A stretch of 64,000 nucleotides of DNA from Elusimicrobiota bacterium (lineage in GTDB: Bacteria; Elusimicrobiota; Elusimicrobia; UBA1565; JACRDR01), in assembly GCA_041694815.1 (NCBI GenBank), contig JBGFSC010000035.1:1-64000 (forward strand), in the 5' to 3' direction. Under the pieces are notes generated by a model that did not search any database, was not told where the DNA came from, and saw only the letters and a list, made by a program, of their open reading frames with translations. Shown one piece after another: positions 19,084-28,732 of the stretch (its first letter is position 1; the number at the start of each line of letters is the position of its first letter). Both the position numbers and the translations under genes were made by a program.

Positions 19084-19595
19084 CTCGAAAGGCGCAGGGC
19101 GCCCAGGTCCTTGAGCGAGCGGAGGGCGTAATGCACCAGCAGCAGCGCGAAGCCCCCCGGGATGATGCTCTCGAGCGTCCAGGCCGGAACGTCCACCCCG
19201 AAGGCCGAGAATAGGATGCCTCCCTGGGCGTACTCGTCCTTGAAGAAGCGGATGGAGGCCCGCAGTAGTCCGGCGCAGACCATCGCGGCGAAAGCGTCGC
19301 ACGTGAGCGCGGAAAACGCCCGGGTGCGGCCGCCCAAGAGCCGCGTCGAGAGATCCATCGAGAACTGCTTGTTCCGGGAGGCCGCGAGGGCGGCTCCCAA
19401 GAAGCCAAGCCAAAGCACGAGATGCCGCAGGAGGGTGTCGCCCCACAAGAGGCTCAAGGGCTCCGAGGTCCAACGCCCCACATGGCGCAGCGCCACCTGG
19501 AGGAAGGCGAGCAGCACCATGAAGCCGAGCAGGCCGGCCAGCAGGGCCCGCTCGGCCGATTCGAGGACCCGCTCAATCCTTAGTATTTTTTCCAT
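19080..19595 (-). CDS. dctQ: TRAP transporter small permease
   Basis: Four TM helices, QV.LR and W.GFLGA.LA. Lies between dctP and dctM. Confidence 0.92.
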   Translation of the reverse strand: MEKILRIERVLESAERALLAGLLGFMVLLAFLQVALRHVGRWTSEPLSLLWGDTLLRHLVLWLGFLGAALAASRNKQFSMDLSTRLLGGRTRAFSALTCDAFAAMVCAGLLRASIRFFKDEYAQGGILFSAFGVDVPAWTLESIIPGGFALLLVHYALRSLKDLGALRLSR

Positions 19596-20580
19596 GGCGG
19601 CTGGTCCGGAAATACTCGAGTGCCTTCTCGACCCGATCCAGCAGCTCGGCCGAATAGAGTTTCCCCGCCAGGGCCCGGCGGGCTTGGCGTCCGGCCTCCT
19701 CGTACTCCTTGAGGGCCTGCGCCGATGGCCGCGCGAGCTTGAGCCCCTGTTTTTGCAGGGCCTCCATGGCCTGGCGGTTCTCCTCGCGGCTGAGTTTGGT
19801 CAAGCGCTCCATCGCGGGGCGGCTCAGTTCCAGAAGGAGCTTGCCTTGATCCGGAGGCAGCGAGTCGTAGAGCTTCTTGGTGAGCAAGACCGCCCCCATC
19901 GCGTTAGCCAGCGGCGCGGCGTGCACGTGCTTGGTCTTTGTGAACCATTGCAGGGCGACGACGGCCATCGGGGAGCCGTAGACTCCGTCGACCAAGCCGG
20001 TCTCCAGGGAAGTCATCACGTCGGCGATGGATAACGGGATCGGCCGAACCCCGAGGGCCTCGAAGGCGGCCTCGGCGATAGGGTCTCCCTCCCAAACCCA
20101 CATTTTCACGGAACGCAGGTCCGTCGGGCCCGAGACCTGGGCCCGCGTGAACAGGTGAACCCATCCCACCTCGGCCCAGCCCAGCAGCACGTAGCCCTTC
20201 GCCTCCAGCGCCGAGGCGAATTCCCCGCCGAAGCGCTTGAGGATATAGTCGACCTCGGAGGAGTCCTTGAACAGGAACGGCGCGTCGAGGACGCGCAATT
20301 CGGGGGCGATCGATCCGAGCCCGACCCCCGTCACGCCGGCCGCATGGAGCTGCCCCATGCGCATCTTGCGCACGACGTCCTTCTCGTCGCCGGAGACCCC
20401 GCCGGGATAGAATTTGAATTTGAGCGCGCCCGAGCTCTTGCGCTGCAGTTGCTTGTCGAGATCGGCGACCACCTTCATCCAAGTGGAGCCCTCGGGGGCC
20501 AGGGTCGCGAATTTGACGGTTTCCGCTTTGGAAGGGACGGCCGATAGCAGGCAGAGAAGCGCGGCGCTAAAATAGCTCAT
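19573..20580 (-). CDS. dctP: TRAP substrate-binding protein (TatP/DctP type)
   Basis: Signal peptide, KFATLAPEGSTW, YPGGVSGDE, MR.GQL and SLETGLVD. Confidence 0.93.
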   Translation of the reverse strand: MSYFSAALLCLLSAVPSKAETVKFATLAPEGSTWMKVVADLDKQLQRKSSGALKFKFYPGGVSGDEKDVVRKMRMGQLHAAGVTGVGLGSIAPELRVLDAPFLFKDSSEVDYILKRFGGEFASALEAKGYVLLGWAEVGWVHLFTRAQVSGPTDLRSVKMWVWEGDPIAEAAFEALGVRPIPLSIADVMTSLETGLVDGVYGSPMAVVALQWFTKTKHVHAAPLANAMGAVLLTKKLYDSLPPDQGKLLLELSRPAMERLTKLSREENRQAMEALQKQGLKLARPSAQALKEYEEAGRQARRALAGKLYSAELLDRVEKALEYFRTSRHGKNTKD

Positions 20581-21415
20581 CGATTTGCTCCATCAATTTC
20601 TTGGCTTTCATCTTGGCCACCGCGTCGGCCAGCCTGGCCTCGGGCATCACGCCGGGGGTTTCCTCGACCTCCGCATTGAGCCTCTTGAACAGCTCGCTAT
20701 CTTGCGCCGCCACCGCGTAGTAGCGCGCGTAGAGCAGCTTGGCCATTAGGAAACGGCCGCCGGTGGCGGCCACGGCCGAGTCGAAGTGGGCCTTGGCCTT
20801 GCCGAGATCCCCTCCCAGCAGGCGCGGCCTGGAGGCGTAATACGCGCCCAAGAAAAGGTCCGGGCCACCGAAATAATATCCCGGCGAAAGCTCCTGCACT
20901 CGGCGCATCAAGGCCACGGCCTTGGGCAGTTCCGCCACCGCTTCGGGCGAATCCTTGGCCAAGTTGATCCACCCTCCCCAGTTGTAGGCGGTCCAAAACA
21001 AGTCGGGCGCGTCGTTGGGGCGCAATCCCCGCAACGCCGATTCCAGCGCGGAGAGCTCGGCCTCGCGCAGCTTCCGTAAGGCCTGGCGCCGCCCGAGCAG
21101 GGCCAGGCCGTGCTCTAGCCCGCGCCGATACATCTGCCTCGCGCGGCCCGGGTCGGAGTCCTCCAGGAACAAGAAGGCGTATCCCCCGAAGCCTTGGGCG
21201 GCCAACCGGCGCAGCCTGGGATTGCCGGGCTCGCTTTCGAGCAAGGATTCCAGCAGCTTGAGCTGCGCCGGCAGCGCCTCCCGGGCGAGCTGGGGATCGG
21301 GCTCGGCGTCGAAGGCCGTGCTGCCGCGGTCTAAGAGCGGCACGACGGCGCGCAGCGCCGCCGTTTTGGGGCTGCACGCTGACAGCAAAAGCAGCACTAG
21401 CGCGGGGGCTTTCAC
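20567..21415 (-). CDS. tatT: TRAP transporter TatT component, lipoprotein
   Basis: Lipobox LSAC; EPD.QL..EALPA.LK..ESLL, YAF.F, LFW.A..WG and P..LGG. Immediately upstream of dctP. Confidence 0.88.
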   Translation of the reverse strand: MKAPALVLLLLSACSPKTAALRAVVPLLDRGSTAFDAEPDPQLAREALPAQLKLLESLLESEPGNPRLRRLAAQGFGGYAFLFLEDSDPGRARQMYRRGLEHGLALLGRRQALRKLREAELSALESALRGLRPNDAPDLFWTAYNWGGWINLAKDSPEAVAELPKAVALMRRVQELSPGYYFGGPDLFLGAYYASRPRLLGGDLGKAKAHFDSAVAATGGRFLMAKLLYARYYAVAAQDSELFKRLNAEVEETPGVMPEARLADAVAKMKAKKLMEQIDELF

Positions 21416-21431
21416 CGTTGGTGATTCTAGG

Positions 21432-23183
21432 CTATTTGAAGATATTCTGGAAGAGCTTTTTGCCCTGCTCGATCGCCTTCTGCACCTCGGGTTGCTTCAA
21501 GACGGCTCCCACATCCGGCTTCACGGACGGGTTGTCGAGCGTGCCCCGCACGAAGAACCCGATCGGCCCGGCGATGTCCACGCCGAGCCGGGGCGCCAGC
21601 CGGGTCGATATGCGCAGGTCCAGGCGGTTGTTGGCCAGGTCCGCGGTACCCGTCGTGCGCACGAAAGCCGCGCTGGAATCCATATGGGACTCCTGGACGG
21701 TCATCACCCCCTGCCGGAAGGCGTACTCCCCGGTGATTTCCTTGAAGCTCACGCGGTCGAAGGCCGGCAGCAGGCGGATCTTGGCCACCCCGGCCGCTTT
21801 CTGCAGCGCGACGATGGGAAACAGGAGCAGCTTGGCCATCGGGCTTTTGTCGACGAGGGTTTTGAGGTCGTCTAGGCGCCCGGGGCCGACGGATAATTTC
21901 GCCGAGCCGCCGAGCATCGAGAGTTCCGGCGTGAGCCCCGTCAGGCTCCAGTGGAGCGAGACGGACTGGGCCTGGAAGCGGGGGTGCGAGACCTTGCCGA
22001 TTGAAAAGGCGCCGGAAGTTTTCAGGGGTGCCGCCTGGGTGGCCGCGGGCTTGTCCGGGGGCGCGCCGCCCGCGGGCGGGGGTGCCCCGCGCTTCGGGGG
22101 CGGGTCCTGGCCGGCTGGCTGGGCGGAGAGCCCGGATAGGTTGAGCGAGGAGAGAGTCCCCGTCAAGGTGATATTGGGAGCTTTCCGATAATTTTCGGCG
22201 CGCGCCTTGAGCTCGAGCGCGCCATCGGTGAACGCGCCGCTCAGATCGGCCGAGATCGAGCGGGAATCGAAGCGCAGCGTCCCCTTGCCGTCGCGCAGCG
22301 CCAGGCCCGAAAAGACCATCTCCAGGCCCGAGGCTCGCGCCGCGCCGGAAACCTCGATGGAGTCGGGCGGGCCGACGATCCGGAAATCCCCGTCCAGTCG
22401 GCCCGCGGGCGCGAAGGCCTTAAGCTCGGGGAGCAACGACGATAAGAACGACAACGAAACCCGCTCGGCGCTCGCTCGGAGATCGATATCCGGAGCGGCT
22501 TTTCCCTCGACCTTAAAGGAAGTCTCCCCCATCTCCACCGCGAGGTCGACGTCGATGCGGCCTTGGGCGTCCCGTTGGACCGAGCCGTCCGCCTTAAACG
22601 ACAGATCCTTGAGCTTGAGCCGCAGCGGATCCAACCGCGCGGAAAGCTTCCCCTTCCCGCCGCCTAGGTCCAGCGCGCCGCGGAATTCCACCGATCCGGA
22701 GGCCGGCGAATTCTTCCAGCTCCCCGAATATTGGAAGTCGGCGAGCACGGGGAAGGGGCCCTCCGTTTTGAAGTCGATGAGCGTGGCCGAAAGATTCGAA
22801 AGAGACAGCCGAATGCCCGAGGCGGTGTCGATGTAATCCAAGGAGGCGTCCTGGAGCAGGACCCTCTCGATGCGGACCTGGCGCTGGAGCAGCGCGCGCA
22901 GGTCCCAGCGCGCCGAGAGGCTTGCGGCCGATAGGAGGGTTCCGGTCGCGAATCCTTTATCCTGGGATACTTCGACGGCCTTAAGCTCGAGCCCGCGCCA
23001 GCCGAGGCCTACCGATCCAATTCGCACCTCGCGGCCCAGAGACTTCTGCAGGCGCTCCACCGCCATGGCCTTGAGCCGCTCGGGAGGGAAACGGAGTCGC
23101 AAAACCCACAGGCCGGACAAAATCAAAGCGGCCGCGACCGCGACAACGATGGATAGACGTTTGATGAACGCGCCAACCATCAT
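21432..23183 (-). CDS. AsmA family bridge-like protein
   Basis: N-terminal TM anchor, LGREVRIG, repeated beta-taco-type strands, and C-terminal G.ADL...LDL and V.GTLDNP motifs. Confidence 0.85.
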   Translation of the reverse strand: MMVGAFIKRLSIVVAVAAALILSGLWVLRLRFPPERLKAMAVERLQKSLGREVRIGSVGLGWRGLELKAVEVSQDKGFATGTLLSAASLSARWDLRALLQRQVRIERVLLQDASLDYIDTASGIRLSLSNLSATLIDFKTEGPFPVLADFQYSGSWKNSPASGSVEFRGALDLGGGKGKLSARLDPLRLKLKDLSFKADGSVQRDAQGRIDVDLAVEMGETSFKVEGKAAPDIDLRASAERVSLSFLSSLLPELKAFAPAGRLDGDFRIVGPPDSIEVSGAARASGLEMVFSGLALRDGKGTLRFDSRSISADLSGAFTDGALELKARAENYRKAPNITLTGTLSSLNLSGLSAQPAGQDPPPKRGAPPPAGGAPPDKPAATQAAPLKTSGAFSIGKVSHPRFQAQSVSLHWSLTGLTPELSMLGGSAKLSVGPGRLDDLKTLVDKSPMAKLLLFPIVALQKAAGVAKIRLLPAFDRVSFKEITGEYAFRQGVMTVQESHMDSSAAFVRTTGTADLANNRLDLRISTRLAPRLGVDIAGPIGFFVRGTLDNPSVKPDVGAVLKQPEVQKAIEQGKKLFQNIFK

Positions 23184-23207
23184 CGCATTTTAGAAAATAG
23201 TTGACGC

Positions 23208-24938
23208 CTATTGTCTGCGGATGCGGTTGCCGGCGTCCGCTTCCCCGATGAAGGATGCGGGAGTCCGGATGGCGTTGCGGTTGGTGCTGTTGAATATCTG
23301 GAAGGCCTGTCCCCCGCGCAAGGTCAGCACCCAGCGGTTGGATCCCGGGCCCTGGTTGAGCGCGTAGGCTAGGTCGATGCGGAAAACGCCGCCCGTTTTC
23401 GAGCGGCTGGTGCCGATGCGCAGCCCAACGCCGACGTCGGACTTGATGTTCTTGGGCAGCAGCGGGCTATTTTCGGCCGCCGCGACGCCGGCATCGAAAA
23501 AGACGGCGGCCCCGAAATAGAGCAGATGGAAGAATTCCTTAGGGTAGAAAATCCTGTCTTCGAGATTGAGCAGGGCCGTCTGCGCGCCCGTGAAGCTGTT
23601 GTTTTTGTAGCCGCGCAGCCCGGTATTGCCTCCCAGGATGAGTTGGTCCTCGCCATCGAGCCGCTTGCTCGTGTTGGCCTCCAGATGCGCGACGAAGGTC
23701 TGCGGGAGGCGCCAGGCGGCCTTCCAGAAAAAATTGAGGTTACCGAAGAAGATGGCGTCCTCGAAGCGTCCGGCGGCCGAGCGGCCCTGTAGTCCCGCCT
23801 GCCCCAGGGCGAAGCCGTTTTCGCCTAGCCGCATTCCCTGCTGGTCCAGGGCCGAAAATATCCACCGGTCCCGGTCGGAACCCCAGGAGCGCAGCATCGG
23901 CCCCCCGCTCATCGAGAACTCGTTGCCGAGGTTAAAGTCCTCGACGCGCTCGATGTTGTCGATGTAGGTTTCCTTGATGTAGCGTGGTTGGATGAGGCTG
24001 TAGCCGACGATGGGGCCGCTCATTTCCCGGGCCTGCGGGAGGGGTTCCGTCGTTTCGCTGGTCGAGGAGAAATCATCCTTCTGATACAGGGTCCCGATGA
24101 GCATGCGCTGCACGATGTCGCTTTCGGCCTTTAACCGGGCCGCCGCGGAGGCCTGCACCGCACGGAAATTGTGAAGGAATTTGGACCGGGTCTCCGCGTT
24201 GCGGTAGAGGACGTCCTCCTGGATGATCCGCGTCCATAGGAGGCTCGAGGAGTAGTCAGACTTAAGCGAAAAGAAAGGCTTGTCGAGCAGCACGCCGATC
24301 TCGTCTCCGTGTGGGGTCGTGGCATAGAGGTCGGTCATCTTCACGCGCGAGCCGAGCAGCCGCGGGTCGAAATAGCGGAATTCGTTGCGGGTGCGGGCGC
24401 CGACCTGCGAATGGTAGGCGCTCACGCTCTTGGCGAAGCCGAGCACGTTGTTCTCTTCGATCCCCCAGATGAAGAATTTATCTCCCCCCTCCGTGCCCAC
24501 GCTCAATTGGGGGGCCAGCGTCCAGCTGTCCTGCGTTTCCATCAGCAAGTCGAGCTTGCCGTTGGCCGGTCGCGGGATGATCTCCGCGCGGCGCATCGGC
24601 AGCGCGCGGAGGTTGCGCTCCGCCTCGAGGGAGCGGAAAGGCTTGAACGCGTCGCCCGGCTCCTGCAGCAGCTCCCGGCGCACGACATGCTCGCGCGTTA
24701 CGATGTGTATCCGGTTGGCGATGCGGAAAGGCCACCAGTCCTCGCCAGGCACGGTGGGGTCGAAGACGTTAAGCCGGCGCACTTCGACCTTGCCGATGGG
24801 CATCCCGCTCAAGGACGCGAAGGTCCAGGTCGAGGGGGAGAAGAAGCTCGATGTGGAATAGCGCGGGGCGTCGAAAGCCTCGGGTATCGGGGAGGCCCAG
24901 GCGCCGGCTGCCGCGAGCAGGCACCACGGCCAAAGCAT
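23208..24938 (-). CDS. Omp85 (BamA/TamA-like) outer-membrane protein
   Basis: Signal peptide, one POTRA-like segment (TRE.VVRREL...G, ERNLR), E.N.LG, LRGY, FFDAG, G.GLR and RIDLAY. Confidence 0.88.
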   Translation of the reverse strand: MLWPWCLLAAAGAWASPIPEAFDAPRYSTSSFFSPSTWTFASLSGMPIGKVEVRRLNVFDPTVPGEDWWPFRIANRIHIVTREHVVRRELLQEPGDAFKPFRSLEAERNLRALPMRRAEIIPRPANGKLDLLMETQDSWTLAPQLSVGTEGGDKFFIWGIEENNVLGFAKSVSAYHSQVGARTRNEFRYFDPRLLGSRVKMTDLYATTPHGDEIGVLLDKPFFSLKSDYSSSLLWTRIIQEDVLYRNAETRSKFLHNFRAVQASAAARLKAESDIVQRMLIGTLYQKDDFSSTSETTEPLPQAREMSGPIVGYSLIQPRYIKETYIDNIERVEDFNLGNEFSMSGGPMLRSWGSDRDRWIFSALDQQGMRLGENGFALGQAGLQGRSAAGRFEDAIFFGNLNFFWKAAWRLPQTFVAHLEANTSKRLDGEDQLILGGNTGLRGYKNNSFTGAQTALLNLEDRIFYPKEFFHLLYFGAAVFFDAGVAAAENSPLLPKNIKSDVGVGLRIGTSRSKTGGVFRIDLAYALNQGPGSNRWVLTLRGGQAFQIFNSTNRNAIRTPASFIGEADAGNRIRRQ

Positions 24939-24941
24939 GGG

Positions 24942-25820
24942 TTACAAAGGCTCGCTGACGCCGAGAAGCCGGGAGAGGATGACGGTGGTGGAGTGGGATT
25001 TATTGAGCGTATAAAAATGGATTCCAGGAGCGCCGCCGTCGAGCAGCTGCCGGCACTGCCGGGTCGCGTATTCGATCCCGTAGCGGACCACCGCCTCGCG
25101 GTCGTCTTGGATGGGAGCGAGGGCCTCCAGCATCTCCTCCGGGATTCTCGCCCCGCACATCGCGGTAAATTTCTTGGTCTGCGCGAAGCTGGTGACCGGC
25201 ATGATGCCGGGGACGATGGGGCAGCGGATTCCCGCCGAGCGGGCTCGGCCCACGAAATCGAAGTAGCTGCGGTTGTCGAAGAAGAGCTGGGTGATGACCC
25301 AATCCCCCCCGGCGTCCACCTTGGCCTTCAAATGCCGCAGGTCGGACTCCGCCGAGGGACTCTCCGGGTGCTTTTCGGGGTATCCGGCCACAGCCATGGA
25401 AAAGCCGCCGCGTTCGCGAATGAAGGAGACGAGATCGGCCGCATAGCGGAAATCGCGGCGCTCTAGCGGCGGCAGGGCCGCGTCCTTCGGCGGATCACCG
25501 CGAAGCGCGACGATGTTTTCGATGCCGTATCCCGATATCCGCCCGAGGATATCGACGATCTCCGAGCGGTTATGGGCGATGCAGGTCAGATGCGCCGCCG
25601 TCTCCAGCTCCAATTCGTTGCGCAGCAGCCCCGCCATCTCCACCGTCTTCTCCCGGGCGGAGCCGCCCGCCCCGTAGGTCAGCGTGACGAAGGAGGGATC
25701 AAGCTCCTTGAGCTCCGTGATCGCGGTCTTGAAGGCGGCGAAATCCTGCTCGGTCTTGGGCAGAAAGAATTCGAACGAGAAAACGGGAGAGCCGCGACCG
25801 AAAAGTTCGGGAATGCGCAT
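24942..25820 (-). CDS. metF: 5,10-methylenetetrahydrofolate reductase
   Basis: SFEFF.PK, TYGAGGS, AHLTC, ALRGDPP, AGYPEKH, ITQLFF and HFYTLN. Confidence 0.97.
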   Translation of the reverse strand: MRIPELFGRGSPVFSFEFFLPKTEQDFAAFKTAITELKELDPSFVTLTYGAGGSAREKTVEMAGLLRNELELETAAHLTCIAHNRSEIVDILGRISGYGIENIVALRGDPPKDAALPPLERRDFRYAADLVSFIRERGGFSMAVAGYPEKHPESPSAESDLRHLKAKVDAGGDWVITQLFFDNRSYFDFVGRARSAGIRCPIVPGIMPVTSFAQTKKFTAMCGARIPEEMLEALAPIQDDREAVVRYGIEYATRQCRQLLDGGAPGIHFYTLNKSHSTTVILSRLLGVSEPL

Positions 25821-25857
25821 AAAGGGTCATGATATAAAATTATAGAATTAGTCCTTC

Positions 25858-27060
25858 ATGAATCCACGGAGAGTCATCGAGACGGATTTCAAATACGGGG
25901 CCCATAATTATTCGCCGCTGCCTGTCGTCCTCTCGCGCGGCAAGGGCGTCTACGTGTTCGATACCGAGGGGCGGCGCTATTTCGACTGCTTAAGCGCCTA
26001 CTCGGCCCTCAACCAAGGGCACAATCACCCACGCATCATTCGGGCTGCCCAGCGGCAAATGGGCCGCCTGACCCTCGTCTCGCGAGCCTTCCACCACCCG
26101 GGCATGGGGCCGCTGCTGCGCCGCCTCTGCCGCCTGACCGGGATGCAGAAATCGATCTTGATGAACACGGGCGCCGAGGCCGTCGAGACCGCCATCAAGG
26201 CGATGCGGCAATGGGGATACGCGAAAAAGGGCATTGCCAAGGGCCGCGCCGAGATCCTCGTCGCCGAGAATAATTTCCATGGGCGCACCACCACCATCGT
26301 GGGTTTCTCCAGCGATGCGGGATCCCGTGATCCTTTCGGCCCGCCGACTCCCGGATTCCGGACGGTTCCGTTCGGAAACGCCGAAGCCCTCGCCCGCGCC
26401 ATAACGCCGCGGACCTGCGGATTCCTCATCGAGCCGATCCAAGGCGAGGCGGGCGTGCGCATCCCGCCCGAGGGCTACCTGCGTCGGGCGCGGGCCCTGT
26501 GCCAGCGGCGAAACGTCCTGCTATGCGTCGACGAGATACAGACCGGGCTCGGGCGGACGGGAAGAATGTTCGCCGTCGATCATGAGGGGGTGCATCCGGA
26601 TCTATTCGTCCTCGGCAAGGCCCTCTCCGGGGGGCTTTATCCGGTCTCCGCGGTGACCGCGAGCGAGGAGGTGTTGGGCTTGTTCTCTCCCGGCAGCCAC
26701 GGCAGCACCTTCGGAGGGAATCCCCTGGCGTGCGCGGTCGCCGAGGCGGCCTTAGACGTGCTCGAAGCAGAACGGCTCGCCGAGCGCGCGGCGCGGATGG
26801 GCGAATGCTTCTTGGAGGGCCTGCGTCGCCTCAGGCATCGGGACATCCTCGAGGTCCGCGGAAAGGGCCTGTTGCTCGCCGTCGAATTTAAGAAGCCCGT
26901 GGCCAAGGAATTCTGCAAGCGCCTACTTAGGGAGGGCGTGCTCGCCAAGGACACGCACGACACCACCGTCCGTTTCGCGCCGCCCCTCATCATCTCCGAA
27001 GCCCAGATCGGTGACGTGCTCCGCCGCCTCGCGGAGGCCTTGGACGGCTTTCAAACGTAG
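25858..27060 (+). CDS. rocD: Ornithine--oxo-acid transaminase
   Basis: AHNY.PLPVV, LSAYSALNQGH, NTGAEAVETAIK, EPIQGEAG, DEIQTG, GKALSGG, HGSTFGGNP and KDTH..TVRFAPPL. Confidence 0.95.
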   Translation: MNPRRVIETDFKYGAHNYSPLPVVLSRGKGVYVFDTEGRRYFDCLSAYSALNQGHNHPRIIRAAQRQMGRLTLVSRAFHHPGMGPLLRRLCRLTGMQKSILMNTGAEAVETAIKAMRQWGYAKKGIAKGRAEILVAENNFHGRTTTIVGFSSDAGSRDPFGPPTPGFRTVPFGNAEALARAITPRTCGFLIEPIQGEAGVRIPPEGYLRRARALCQRRNVLLCVDEIQTGLGRTGRMFAVDHEGVHPDLFVLGKALSGGLYPVSAVTASEEVLGLFSPGSHGSTFGGNPLACAVAEAALDVLEAERLAERAARMGECFLEGLRRLRHRDILEVRGKGLLLAVEFKKPVAKEFCKRLLREGVLAKDTHDTTVRFAPPLIISEAQIGDVLRRLAEALDGFQT

Positions 27061-28055
27061 AAATTGCGGTCCCAGGCGTGCTCTTCGAGACGGCGCAGCA
27101 GGGATTTGTCGAAATAGCGCCCGTCGGCCGCACGGACGTTCTCTTGGACATGGGAGACTTTCCGCATGCCGGCAATGGCCGTGCTGACCGCGGGAAAGCT
27201 CAGGCAGAATTTCAAGGCCCCTTGTGCCAGGGAGCTTACGCCGTCGCCCAGCAGGATTTTCTCTAGGGCCTTGGCCCGGCGGCAGGTCTCGCCCAGCCGT
27301 TCTCCGGCGAAATAATGGCTACGGAAGTCGGAGGGCTCAAAACGAGTCTGCGGGGTTAAAGATCCCGTCAGTCCCCCCTCGTCGAAGGGGCAGCGTACCA
27401 CGACGCCCACCGATTTCTCGGCGCATAAGGGAATGAGCTTCTCGAGGGCCCGCTGATCGAAGATGTTGAGCGTCACCTGGATGCAATCGAAGAGTCCCGA
27501 GCGAACCGCCTCCAGCGCGGAGTTCGGGTCGTCGGAATTGACCGAGATGCCCAGGAATCGGATCTTTCCCTGCTTCTTTAAGTCGTCGAGCGTCTGCGCG
27601 GTCTCGGGCCAGAGCTTGTCCTTGAGCCAGGAGTCCGTCCATACATGGAGCTGTTGGAGGGCGAGGCAATCGCTGCGAAGGTTGCGGAGAGAACGCTCCG
27701 TGCATTCGACGACCCACGCTGGAGGAAAGGCGTAGGCCAGCGGCAGTCGCGGCTTCGCCGGCCATTCCATGTTCTTCGGTGGCAAGGCGGTGGCGACGAC
27801 GGCGCTGGAACCGGACTCCCTGAGCGCCCGAGCGATGAGCTTCTCGCTGTGGCCGTGCCCGTACACGTAGGCGGTGTCGTAATAGTTGATGCCCAGATCG
27901 AGCGCGCGCCGGAGCACGTGGATGGATTCGGAGTCCTCGGTGCGCCCCCACATCGTCTTCCCGATCCCCCAGCCCCCGAACCCGATTTCGGAAACCTTGA
28001 GCTTCGTGCGCCCCAAGACGCGCCGGGCGAGCATACGGGTGGGGGGAGGCGTCAT
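27051..28055 (-). CDS. Aldo/keto reductase
   Basis: LG.T.LKVSEIGFG.W.IG, DTA.VYG.G.SE, SL.NL, QLH and GKIRFLGIS. The start could be the ATG at 28034. Confidence 0.93.
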   Translation of the reverse strand: MTPPPTRMLARRVLGRTKLKVSEIGFGGWGIGKTMWGRTEDSESIHVLRRALDLGINYYDTAYVYGHGHSEKLIARALRESGSSAVVATALPPKNMEWPAKPRLPLAYAFPPAWVVECTERSLRNLRSDCLALQQLHVWTDSWLKDKLWPETAQTLDDLKKQGKIRFLGISVNSDDPNSALEAVRSGLFDCIQVTLNIFDQRALEKLIPLCAEKSVGVVVRCPFDEGGLTGSLTPQTRFEPSDFRSHYFAGERLGETCRRAKALEKILLGDGVSSLAQGALKFCLSFPAVSTAIAGMRKVSHVQENVRAADGRYFDKSLLRRLEEHAWDRNFYV

Positions 28056-28336
28056 TGCGTCACCTTCACGACGAGGCGGATATCCTCGAGCACGGCGGCT
28101 ACGGCCTCGCAGCGCTCCCTGGCTCCGGAGTAGACCGCAGCACTCCCCTGGCTGTGAACTTCCCAGGCGAAGTCCCGCGCACGCGCCAGCGAGCAGTGGA
28201 TGGCCTTCATGAGTTGGCGTTCGACGTCATCGAAGCTATGGCAGTCGCAGTTAAACAATATCACCTTCCAGGGCGAAGCGCCACCCGAGGCATTTTCCGA
28301 TTCCCGAACCTTGTCCTGCTCTGTTTCCACCGGCAT
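28052..28336 (-). CDS. clpS: ATP-dependent Clp protease adaptor ClpS
   Basis: WKVILFN.D.HSFD.V, EVHSQG.A.V and E.CE. Confidence 0.88.
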   Translation of the reverse strand: MPVETEQDKVRESENASGGASPWKVILFNCDCHSFDDVERQLMKAIHCSLARARDFAWEVHSQGSAAVYSGARERCEAVAAVLEDIRLVVKVTQ

Positions 28337-28338
28337 TG

Positions 28339-28656
28339 CTAGAATTCCCGGAGTATCTCGCCGCGATCGTTGAGTACCCAATGCGTCCGACCGGGCGAGG
28401 CGGCGTTGGACTGGGCGGCCGCGTCCACGGCCGCATCCTGTTCCTCGTAATCCCCGATGGTACGGAGGTCCGAGGGGTCCGTTCCGTCCCCCTCGACCCT
28501 CAGCACGCGAAAGCTGCGCTTGGCCGGGGGGGACGCCGCGAAATGGCGGCGGACCGCCTCCGGGACCGTGCTGGCCCCCCGTTGCTGGATTAGGCGCACG
28601 AGAAGGGCCGATAGGGCAAAGGGCAACAGGATGTAGAAGAATAAGATCCAGAGCAT
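28339..28656 (-). CDS. Membrane-anchored hypothetical protein
   Basis: N-terminal TM helix MLWILFFYILLPFALSALLV. TAAAAT lies 7 nt before the ATG. Confidence 0.7.
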   Translation of the reverse strand: MLWILFFYILLPFALSALLVRLIQQRGASTVPEAVRRHFAASPPAKRSFRVLRVEGDGTDPSDLRTIGDYEEQDAAVDAAAQSNAASPGRTHWVLNDRGEILREF

Positions 28657-28694
28657 CGATGGAATTTTAGCACATTGTCTCGACGGAAGGTCTA

Positions 28695-28723
28695 TTGACA
28701 ACGCTATGGGTGGACCGCATACT
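28695..28723 (+). promoter_or_regulatory. Sigma70 promoter for the Ser/Thr kinase gene
   Basis: TTGACA (28695-28700), 17 bp, CATACT (28718-28723), then 9 nt to the ATG at 28733. Confidence 0.75.
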
Positions 28724-28732
28724 AAAGAAAAC

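Noticed and set aside
25821..25857. SAM riboswitch upstream of metF
   Set aside because: The gap is only 37 bp and is filled by divergent -10-like elements, leaving no room for an aptamer.
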